Source: Mongoliibacter ruber
Lineage (GTDB): Bacteria; Bacteroidota; Bacteroidia; Cytophagales; Cyclobacteriaceae
Direction: 5' to 3'
Length of the DNA: 64,000 bases
NCBI RefSeq assembly: GCF_003003005.1
Contig: NZ_PVTR01000001.1
Location: forward strand, 267,108 to 331,107
Position 1 is the stretch's first letter. Every line of letters starts with the position of its first letter. The notes beneath the pieces are model-generated. The model did not search any database. It was not told the origin of the DNA and worked only from the letters and a program-made list of their open reading frames with translations. Shown one piece after another: positions 27,127-36,100 of this stretch. The translations under genes and the position numbers were made by a program.

Positions 27127-27393
27127 TTACTTAATTAAACCTAATTTTTCAGTCAAACATGACTTTTCTGCAATCTCTCCAACCAATAAATCAGTGTCTA
27201 CCATTTGAAATCCGGAAATCCACTTTTTGATTGATTCCAATTCATGTACATTAATTGGTGTTTTGTTTGTATTTTCTAGCAGTTGAGTGAATCTACGGCG
27301 AGAAATTTCCATTTTTTCAAGAGCCTCTTCAGTTGGTCTAGCTTCTTCAAGTCCTGCTCTTAGCAGTAATTTTTTCAGGTTTGTTTTGATCAT
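27127..27393 (-). CDS. Cro/excisionase-like small HTH protein, first gene of the leftward early operon
   Basis: MEISRRRFTQLLEN HTH-like segment; divergent from XRE gene across a 160-bp switch region. Confidence 0.5.
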   Translation of the reverse strand: MIKTNLKKLLLRAGLEEARPTEEALEKMEISRRRFTQLLENTNKTPINVHELESIKKWISGFQMVDTDLLVGEIAEKSCLTEKLGLIK

Positions 27394-27552
27394 AATGGTA
27401 TTTGATATACAACAATTATGTATTTGTTACGTATCAAAACAAGTAAAAAGTATATATAAAGTCAAGTAATATTAATATATTTTATATATTTTTTGCGTAA
27501 TCAACTGACATTCAATACGCTAATTTTACATAATACAAGTAAAAAGCATTTA
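27394..27552. promoter_or_regulatory. divergent promoter/operator (genetic switch) region
   Basis: very AT-rich; ACAAGTAAAAAG direct repeat at 27439-27450 and 27535-27546, plus a CAAGTAA half-site at ~27461. Confidence 0.5.
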
Positions 27553-27921
27553 ATGAACGATTTCAGAAGCAGGATAGCAGAGGGTTTAAAATCTCTTAGA
27601 CTTCAAAAAAATTACTCTCAGGAGTATATAGCTGAAAAGCTTGGTAAAAGTGATTATACAGGTTATCAACGTATTGAGTCAGGTCGAACAGAATTAAAAT
27701 TTGAAGATGCTTATAAATTAGCGGACATATACAATGTCCCAATGGAAAAAATTTATAATCCGGATCTCAATGAATCCAGTACTTTTTCGGAAGGTTCTGT
27801 AGCTCCCTATGGAAAAAGAGAAGTCCTTCATCTCAACATTTACCTCGATGGCACAGAGACTCAACTTGATAAGCAAATAGAGCTTTTGAAGCGCGTCAAT
27901 TCCTGCATTACATCTGACTAA
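27553..27921 (+). CDS. XRE-family HTH transcriptional regulator (repressor-like)
   Basis: NYSQEYIAEKLGKSDYTGYQRIESG HTH; ATG 27553 chosen because the operator repeat lies inside the longer track ORF. Confidence 0.75.
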   Translation: MNDFRSRIAEGLKSLRLQKNYSQEYIAEKLGKSDYTGYQRIESGRTELKFEDAYKLADIYNVPMEKIYNPDLNESSTFSEGSVAPYGKREVLHLNIYLDGTETQLDKQIELLKRVNSCITSD

Positions 27922-28180
27922 TTGAAACAGTTTCTGAAACAAAAGTAGGTTTTGAAACAGTGAAACAAGATTAAAAAACGCTGTTTTAGGCCGTTTTAAG
28001 GTATATGAAAAAGAATATGCGTGATCCTTCCGAGTGCACTATAAACATCGATTATTGGTTTAAAAACGGCTTTTTTTATAGCTTCACTTTATCATTTAGG
28101 ATTAGAAGTTTGTTGATTAAGTCCATATTTGAGGAAAGAAAGCAATTTTGAATCAAATTATTTGTGATAGCATATAAAAT

Positions 28181-28213
28181 ACCCACTTCTGACAAGAGGT
28201 GGGTATTTTTTTG
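28181..28213. terminator. bidirectional rho-independent terminator
   Basis: ACCCACTTCT-gaca-AGAGGTGGGT hairpin followed by ATTTTTTTG; T-rich on the other strand too. Confidence 0.6.
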
Positions 28214-28367
28214 GTTTATATATAGTCTAAAAATTTACGAATTACACCTATTTTTTTCATCATCCGTGGTGTCACTCCCCTTAAATTAACTTATAACCTA
28301 AACTGAAAAACTCTTACCTTAAAGAATAAAAAAACTATAATTCAAAATGAAATTAAGGATGCAAAAA

Positions 28368-29033
28368 CTATTGGCTTTTCAATTGTTCTTCTAAAAGTTT
28401 AATTTTATGCTCCATGGAAGCAAGTCTTTTTTCCAATGGAGTTTTATCCTTGACAGGACTATAAATTCCAAGCACTTCATAGAGACCTTTAGATTCTTTT
28501 AGGCTAAAGGTTGAATTATCTAGTATGATGCTATTTGGTTTATAGTCATCAACTTTTCCTATTTTATATACGCCATTTGATTGCACTACAAATAGTTTTC
28601 CCACAACCGGCTCATGCGGCACTGCAAAAATTATTTCATCTGGTTTTATATAAGCATTTGCTTCGACTTGATCAGATAAAATGAAAATTAGATTATTTGG
28701 AAAGATTCCCGAATTTTCTCTTGAAAATATCCCTGAAGATAATTGATTAACTGGGTTCTGAATGATTGTTGGTAAACTAAAGCCACTTAATTGATTGACA
28801 GTTACGTTGCTTGAAAGGAGGATATCAGTTGAAAGGTGAAATACTTCTGCTGTTTTCAATATGGTTTCAATTTTTGGTTCTGCCCTTCCCTCTTCATAAG
28901 AACTTATTACACCTCTGCTAACCTCTAGCAAATCTGCCAATTGAGTTTGTGTCAAACCTCTCACATTTCTTATTTTTTTTATGTTTTTACCAAATTTTGA
29001 CATGCCTTTGATTTTCGTAAATTTATGATGCAA
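28368..29033 (-). CDS. cI/LexA-like repressor: XRE HTH N-terminus plus S24-like C-terminal domain
   Basis: RGLTQTQLADLLEVSRGVISSYEEG HTH; ~110-aa C-terminal beta-rich domain; likely true start MSKFGK at ~29003. Confidence 0.6.
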   Translation of the reverse strand: MHHKFTKIKGMSKFGKNIKKIRNVRGLTQTQLADLLEVSRGVISSYEEGRAEPKIETILKTAEVFHLSTDILLSSNVTVNQLSGFSLPTIIQNPVNQLSSGIFSRENSGIFPNNLIFILSDQVEANAYIKPDEIIFAVPHEPVVGKLFVVQSNGVYKIGKVDDYKPNSIILDNSTFSLKESKGLYEVLGIYSPVKDKTPLEKRLASMEHKIKLLEEQLKSQ

Positions 29034-29150
29034 ACAAAATTAGCATTAAATAGCTAATAATAATTGCAAAATTAAAATTTTTATTTATTATTGTAAAACA
29101 GTTGATCTAAATATAATTCATTTTTAAAAAAACCCTATAAAGAGTTGATT

Positions 29151-29540
29151 ATGGAGCATTATTTTAAAATTGTAAAAGAATATGTACTTGAACTTGGTTC
29201 TGTCATCCAATATGAAAATGAGTCTGACAACTTATTGGTAATAGAAAATGAAGATATGGGAGTCAAGAACATGGTGATTGGTGTAGCAACTCCCATCATT
29301 ATTATCGAACAGTACTTGTTCGACTTGAAGGATGAGGCAAATATTTACAAACAGTTGCTTATCAAGAACAGAGACATTGTACACGGTGCATTTGTATTGG
29401 ATGAAACAGGCAAAAAAGTCATTTTCAGAAATACATTGCAGGCAGAAACTTTAGACCTGAAGGAATTGGAAAGTACCATCAATTCGCTCGGCCTTTTGCT
29501 TTCTGAGTATTCAAACGAAATATTATCATTTTCCAAATAA
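29151..29540 (+). CDS. YbjN-like domain protein
   Basis: 129 aa from first ATG (track ORF begins at a TTG 6 nt upstream); alpha/beta pattern typical of YbjN/T3SS-chaperone-like fold. Confidence 0.5.
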   Translation: MEHYFKIVKEYVLELGSVIQYENESDNLLVIENEDMGVKNMVIGVATPIIIIEQYLFDLKDEANIYKQLLIKNRDIVHGAFVLDETGKKVIFRNTLQAETLDLKELESTINSLGLLLSEYSNEILSFSK

Positions 29541-29551
29541 ACCTTACTGTT

Positions 29552-30274
29552 ATGAACGTTTTAAAAAGATTATTCAAAATAGGACAAGCAGAAACCAATT
29601 CAGCCATCGACAAACTAGAAGATCCAATCAAAATGATTGAACAGGGTCTTAGAGACATGCATGAAAATCAAGACCGTGCATTAAAGGCACTTGCGGAAGT
29701 TAAAGCAATGCATATTAGAAGAAGCAGGGAACTAAAGGAATCCATCAGTCAAGAAGAAGACCTTCAGAACAAGTCTGTCTTACTCCTGAAAAAAGCACAG
29801 ACGGGTGAGCTGGACAAAACAGAAGCTGACAATTTTGTTAAAGAAAACCTAAGAAGAAAGGCCAAATTAAGCCAGGAAATCAAATTGATAACAGAAGATG
29901 TCAGCAACCTGGAAAAACAAGTGGCAAGTCTTGAACAAAATGTAAACAGAATCAAAGCAGGGATCAAACAGTGGGAAAATGAGCTTGGTACCCTGAGAGC
30001 AAGAATCAAAGTTAGTAGCGCCACTCAGAAGATCAACAAACAGATGACCAATATGGATAGCACAAGTGTGGTGTCTATGTTAGAGCGTATGAAAGACAAA
30101 GTCATACAAGATGAAGCTCTGGCAGAGGCTTATGGAGAAATGGCTGAAAGCAGTATTACACATGAGGAAAAGCTTAAAAAAGCCCTGGAAGATATTTCTG
30201 TAGAGGATGAATTGGCCCAAATGAAAAGAAACATGGGACTCTCCGATTCAAAGGAACAGTCAGAAAATACTTGA
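29552..30274 (+). CDS. pspA: PspA/IM30 (ESCRT-III superfamily) protein
   Basis: N-terminal ...AIDKLEDPIKMIEQGLRDMHEN... matches PspA/Vipp1 helix alpha1-2; 240-aa coiled coil. Confidence 0.85.
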   Translation: MNVLKRLFKIGQAETNSAIDKLEDPIKMIEQGLRDMHENQDRALKALAEVKAMHIRRSRELKESISQEEDLQNKSVLLLKKAQTGELDKTEADNFVKENLRRKAKLSQEIKLITEDVSNLEKQVASLEQNVNRIKAGIKQWENELGTLRARIKVSSATQKINKQMTNMDSTSVVSMLERMKDKVIQDEALAEAYGEMAESSITHEEKLKKALEDISVEDELAQMKRNMGLSDSKEQSENT

Positions 30275-30341
30275 GTAAACCAAGTGTTCAAGAAATTAAA
30301 GACTGTCCAGCAAAACAAATCTTTCAAACTAACAGCGCAAC

Positions 30342-30974
30342 ATGGAAAGACTAATTGAAATATCTTTTGCCCCAGCCAATTTCATACTAACCCTCCTGGG
30401 GATTATCATGCTGATTTATTGGCTTGTAGTCATCTTCACAGGTTTTGATTTTGAAGTGGCGGATCTGGATGCAGAAGCTGATCTGAGCAACCCAGAGGTG
30501 GGTGTTGCTGAAGGACAGGGGTTTTGGAATGCATTTATGGAGTTTTTCTATATCGGAGAATTGCCTGTCATGTTTATCATTTCCATTGTCGTATTCACCA
30601 TGTGGCTGATCAATGTAAATGTGACCGCAGTATTTGGAATTTCGGATAGTCTTTTGGGATTCTTGGTGTACATTCCAGGGTTGGTGGTTAGCATGCTCGT
30701 CACAAAAGTAGTTGCCAGACCCTTTGTAAAACTGTATGGGCATTTCAATCACAAAGGTGAAGTTGCAATAGATTTTATAGGAAAAACAGGACGTGTAGTC
30801 TCCCCTATAGGAAAAAACAAAATCGGTCAGATCGAAATACAGATTGAAAGTGATGTCGTAAAGGTCTACGCCAAATCGATTGATGAGGACTTTATTAAGT
30901 TCAATGAGACAGTCATCATTTTGGAAGAGTCCTCGGATAAAAAATATTTTTTAGCTCAAAAATATCAACTATAA
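30342..30974 (+). CDS. NfeD/YqiJ-like membrane protein with C-terminal OB-fold-like domain
   Basis: three or four TM helices then ~70-aa beta-rich C-terminus; immediately upstream of a flotillin gene, as for nfeD/yqiJ. Confidence 0.55.
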   Translation: MERLIEISFAPANFILTLLGIIMLIYWLVVIFTGFDFEVADLDAEADLSNPEVGVAEGQGFWNAFMEFFYIGELPVMFIISIVVFTMWLINVNVTAVFGISDSLLGFLVYIPGLVVSMLVTKVVARPFVKLYGHFNHKGEVAIDFIGKTGRVVSPIGKNKIGQIEIQIESDVVKVYAKSIDEDFIKFNETVIILEESSDKKYFLAQKYQL

Positions 30975-30988
30975 ACCAATAAAATCTT

Positions 30989-33013
30989 ATGATGGAATCA
31001 TTTTATGTAATAGCAGGAATAAGTGTAGTCGTGCTATTAGGGCTATTTGTTTGGCTCATTTCAATGTACAAAAAAGTTAGCCAAGGCCGTGTATTAGTTC
31101 GGACAGGTCAGGGTGGTGTAAGGATATTCTTCAATGCAGGATTGGTGGTACCAATCCTGCACAAAGAAGAAATCATGGACATCTCAGTCAAAAAGCTGGA
31201 AATCTCCAGAATGACGAAAGATGGTCTGATCTGCAAGGACAACATGAGAGCTGACATAAAAGTGGCCTTCTTTGTCCGCGTCAACAAATCTGTTCAGGAT
31301 ATCATTAATGTAGCCCAGACCATCGGATGCGCCAGGGCCTCTGATCATGAGACACTTGAAAGTTTGTTTGAAGCCAAGTTTTCGGAAGCATTAAAAAGTG
31401 TGGGGAAAAAATTTGAATTTATAGAGCTTTATGAAGCTAGGAGAGAATTCAGGGACGAAATTATCGACATCATTGGTACAGATCTAAACGGATACGTGCT
31501 TGATGACTGTGCAATTGACTATTTGGAACAAACCAAAGTAGAAAATCTGGACCGGGACAATATCCTTGATGCTGAAGGTATCAAAAAAATCACAGAGCTG
31601 ACTGCTGCACAAAACATCAAAGCTAACTTGATCAGAAGAGATGAAGAGAAAATCATAAAAAAGCAAGATGTAGAAGCTAGAGAAGCAATTTTGGAGTTGG
31701 AAAAACAACTCAAAGAAAAAGAAGAATCCCAAAGACGTGAAATTGAAACCATAAAGGCCCGAGAGCAGGCAGAGATTGACAAAGTAACATCTCAGGAAAG
31801 GCTTAAGTCAGAGGAAGTACGTATCCGTACTGAAGAGCAGTTGCAAATCCAAGAAGAAAACAAACTTCGACAGGTAATTATTGCATCCAAGAACAAAGAA
31901 CGAGCAGAGGCTGTAGAAACCGAAAGGGTGAAAAAAGACCGTGATATTGAAGCCACAGAACGTGAGCGAGTAGTTGCCCTTGCTCAAATTGAAAAAGAGA
32001 AGGCCGTTGAAATTGAAAAGAAAAACATTCAGGATGCCATTAGGGAGCGAGTAGCTATGGAAAAGACTGTAGTGGAAGAGCAGGAGAAAATCAAAGATGT
32101 AGAAGCACTAAAAGAGGCACATAGACAGAAAGATGTCGCCTTAATAATTGCTTCTAAAGAGGCTGAGAAAAACCTGATTGAAGAAGTGAAAGCTGCAGAA
32201 TCCAAAGAAAAATCTGCCAAGCACGAAGCAGCTAAAATCATCATCGAGGCCAATGCACGCAAAGATGCAGCTGATAAGGAGTCTGATGCAAGAAAAATCA
32301 TTGCCGAGGCAAAAGCCAAAGAAGAAGCTACCATTGGTATGTCAGAAGCACAAGTGATGCATGCTAAAGCTGATGCTATGGAACGTCAGGGAACTGTAGA
32401 TGCCATAGTAATTGAGAAAGTGGCTGAAGCGAAAAGAAAAGAAGGATTGGCAGAGGCTGAAGTAATTCAAGAAAAAGCTATTGCAGAGGCGAAAGGTATT
32501 CAGGAAAAAGCAGGTGCTATGAAGCAACTCAATGATGCTGGGAAAGAGCATGAAGAATTCCGATTGAAGCTTCAAAAGGAAAAAGATGTCGAGTTAGCAC
32601 AAATCAGCATTCAAAAAGATATCGCAGATGCGCAGGCGAAAGTACTTTCAGAAGCATTTAAAACTGCTAAGATTGACATTGTCGGAGGAGACAACACCTT
32701 CTTTGATAATCTTATCAAGCAGATTTCTACCGGAAAAGGAATTGATAAAATGGTTGAAAACTCAACTACCATCACACAATTTAAGGATGCACTTATAGGA
32801 AACGGTATCGACGATACGCCTACGGACTTGATAGAGAAAATAAGAAGCATTGCCCACAAATACGGCATAACCACAGAGGACCTCAAAAACATCTCGATTG
32901 CTGCTCTAATAGCACAAATTCAGATGAAAGCAAGCGATGAGGATAAAGGCTTTTTGGCAAGCATGCTGACCATGGCTAAAGGAATGGGAGTAGAAAACAG
33001 GAGGATCTTATAA
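30989..33013 (+). CDS. flotillin/YqiK-like SPFH (band-7) protein with long E/A/K-rich coiled coil
   Basis: N-terminal TM then SPFH core (GQGGVRIFFNAGLVVPILHKEEIMDISVKKLEI...) and ~350-aa EA repeats. Confidence 0.85.
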   Translation: MMESFYVIAGISVVVLLGLFVWLISMYKKVSQGRVLVRTGQGGVRIFFNAGLVVPILHKEEIMDISVKKLEISRMTKDGLICKDNMRADIKVAFFVRVNKSVQDIINVAQTIGCARASDHETLESLFEAKFSEALKSVGKKFEFIELYEARREFRDEIIDIIGTDLNGYVLDDCAIDYLEQTKVENLDRDNILDAEGIKKITELTAAQNIKANLIRRDEEKIIKKQDVEAREAILELEKQLKEKEESQRREIETIKAREQAEIDKVTSQERLKSEEVRIRTEEQLQIQEENKLRQVIIASKNKERAEAVETERVKKDRDIEATERERVVALAQIEKEKAVEIEKKNIQDAIRERVAMEKTVVEEQEKIKDVEALKEAHRQKDVALIIASKEAEKNLIEEVKAAESKEKSAKHEAAKIIIEANARKDAADKESDARKIIAEAKAKEEATIGMSEAQVMHAKADAMERQGTVDAIVIEKVAEAKRKEGLAEAEVIQEKAIAEAKGIQEKAGAMKQLNDAGKEHEEFRLKLQKEKDVELAQISIQKDIADAQAKVLSEAFKTAKIDIVGGDNTFFDNLIKQISTGKGIDKMVENSTTITQFKDALIGNGIDDTPTDLIEKIRSIAHKYGITTEDLKNISIAALIAQIQMKASDEDKGFLASMLTMAKGMGVENRRIL

Positions 33014-33165
33014 GATTCTCCTATCTTACCCATTTCCATCAAAACCATCCTGGACTTGACGACAACTATTTATTGATTTGTCAAAGTTTAGAAAATTAAG
33101 CCTTGGTTTTCATTTTAGTCTGTTAAATAACCCAACCAGTTTTATTATAACTTTTATCCATTAAT

Positions 33166-36100
33166 ATGGAAACGAATATAGAAAGAGGTACTTACGAAAT
33201 CATACAAGGCCGTCTCCAACAGCAACGGTCCCAACTGATCGAAAGGCTGCAAAAACTTAATAGAGAAAGGCAACAAATATTTGGCGCCGTTGATTTTAAA
33301 CTGCTCTCAAATGTCCGTATCAATACCCAGCACAATTGTATTGCGAGGGATATTGTGTCCGTTGGCGGAATATGTCTTTTCGGATATAATGTCCGTCTTG
33401 GTCTGAAATCAGTCCTGGAAGTTGCAGATGTATTTAGTGCCTTCCGCTTTACAGAAAACGAATTTCACCCCCTCTCTCTGGATATTATTCAGGACAAAAG
33501 TTTTGCTGATGAACTACAAAACCTATATAAATTTTATAGGTATACCCAGTTTTCCAGATTTTTTGTCAAAGGAAATTTTCTCTATATGGTTTTTCAGCTT
33601 TCGGAAAGTCCTACAGATATCAAAGCTTTTAAATGGTTGATCGAAGAGGAAAAGCTTCAGTTCCTAAATTCCAGAAGTGCTGCGGAAGTCACTTTTCCAT
33701 TACAACACGAATTTGAATGGGTGAGAGCTACCCGTGACATGCAGAGAATTGGAAAAAACCCTCATGTTTCAGTGGTAGATAAGGTATTTGTAGAGACTAC
33801 CAAAGGTAACTTGACCATCAAAGTAGAAGACAATACAGATGACGGATTGGGGATATACTCTGAAGATGTGGAACATGCCGATCAGTCTTTGGATGATGGT
33901 GAAATACATTATTGCGACTTGGGAAACCTTGTACTGTTAAAAATTCGCCCTTATTTAGAAAGTGACCGATATTTTATTTTTAATCATCGAATTAAAAATG
34001 TGGTAAGAGTGGATACTCTCAGGGATGCCGGAATCCTTTTACCAGATGATCAAGGCATCATGCTTTCCAATGGTTATTATTTACAGACTGGGGAAAATAA
34101 GATTTTTGACAGAAAAATTGAAGGAGTCAAGTTTTTAAGAAAAATACAGTCTCCAAATGGAGAAGATTACCTTTTTATCTTCTACGAAGAAAAAAACCAT
34201 GACTTTGTGATTCTGTCCTATAATGTCATAGAACAGACAGTAAAAACCCCGATTTTCTGTAATGGCTTCACTCTTTTCAATGACGGTGAACTTTGCTATT
34301 TTAATACAGAAAAAGACCCGAGTAAGCATCACCTGATTCAAATATGGCAAACTCCCTATACCAAGGAGCTCTTACCAAACGAGGCTTTCAAGGATCATGA
34401 ACTTTACAAAATTGGCAATCGGCCAATTGTAAAAGCCATGGCCGAAATCCAAGAACTTGTTGTTTTGCTGAATAAAGAAGACAGTTATAATGGCTTGTAT
34501 GAAGATATTGAAAAACGAAGTCAAAGCATTCTGGACGGTTACTTTTGGTTGAAAAACAATGCCCCGGAAGGACTACAGCAACCCTTACAACAAGTTAAGG
34601 AAATAGCCCTTTCAGCCATTGATGAGTATGAAAAAGTAGTCCAAATCAGAGAAAATACGGTCGCTACTTCGAATAAGGTCAAAGAAAAAGTAGAGAAAAT
34701 ACTTTTTGACACACGTAGCGCCAATTTTGACAGCCTTGACAAATATGTTTCATTGCTTTCGCAGATGAGGGGAATTCGAGGTGAGATTATCGGACTCAAA
34801 AATCTGCGGTACATAGACATGGAAATGGTGGATCAGCTTGAAGATCAGATGTCTAAAAGATCAGAAGAGCTATCCAAAGGTTGTGTACAGTTTTTGTTGC
34901 AAGACAATGCTCTTGAGTATTATCAGACTCAAATGGAACAATTGACGGAGTCAGTTGGAGGGCTGTCCAAGGTCATAGATGCTAAGGAATTGGAAAAGGA
35001 ATTAAATGCCCTTTCTCTACAGTTAGAGTTGTTGATTGATATAGTAAACAACCTTAATGTAGAGGACACTGCGCATTCCACCCAAATCATTGAAAACATT
35101 TCCTTGATTTTTGCCCAACTTAATCAGCAAAGGGTTGCCCTTAACAACCGAAGAAGGCAGCTTGGAGAACGGGAAGCCAGAGCTGATTTCCAAGCACAAA
35201 TGACCTTATTTGAACAATCTATAGTCAACTATTTAGACTTGGCCAATGATCCGGTCAAATGTGACGAATACCTCACAAAGCTTTCAATACAGCTAGAAGA
35301 ACTGGAAGGACGTTTTGTTGATTTTGATGAATTTATAGACAAAATAAGTGAAAAAAGGGAATCAGTTTATGCTGCTTTTGAATCCAAAAAAGTCAACCTA
35401 ACTGAAGCTCGAAATCGCAGAACCAACTCTCTATTCAGTTCCGCTGAACGTATCTTGAAAAGTATTAAATCACGGGCCGGAAGTTTTGAAACAGATGTTG
35501 AAATTAACGGCTATTTTGCATCAGATCTGATGATTGAAAAGGTACGTGATGTGGCTTCGCAGTTACAGCAGTTGGATGATGCAGCCAAGTCAGAGGATTT
35601 ACTGTATCAACTGCAGGTATTACAACAAGAATCCATACGTGCATTAAAAGATAGAAATGAGCTTTTTGAAGATGGTAATCAAGTCATCAAACTTGGGGAA
35701 TACCGCTTTGCTGTCAATCAGCAAAAACTAGACCTTACTTTGGTGATAAAAGAGCGCCAATATTATTTTCACCTTACAGGAACCTCCTATTACGAACAAG
35801 TAAATGCTCCTGAAATCGAGGCTTTGAAAGACCTATGGGAACAGGAACTGCCCTCAGAAAATCAGACGGTTCATAGAACAGAATACTTGGCTTGGCAGGT
35901 TTTTCATACGCTCGATAAAAGCAAACCATTAACAGAAGCCGAATTAATAAGTAGTATAGCGAAATATACCTCCAAACATTATGGGGAAGGTTATGTCAAA
36001 GGCGTACATGATCAAGACGCCCTGTTGATCTTGAAAACGCTGCTTGAAAAAGACAGAGACCTAGGGTTACTCCGCTTTGCTGCCGATACCAGAGTATTGG

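Larger units (their letters stand above)
1..29100. mobile_element. prophage- or phage-satellite-like integrative element (left end beyond window; right end near 29040-29140)
   Basis: minus-strand run of capsid/protease, primase-helicase, HNH, DUF2829, orphan MTases, cro/cI switch, many small SD-driven ORFs; RM island inserted; no integrase, terminase, portal or tail genes in the window. Confidence 0.55.

Noticed and set aside
31484-32892. five antisense ORFs (77-101 aa) inside the flotillin gene
   Set aside because: They lie opposite the E/A/K-rich coiled-coil coding region, which has a low-complexity reverse complement (Ser/Phe/Leu-rich). They have no start context and are fully contained in a confidently assigned gene.
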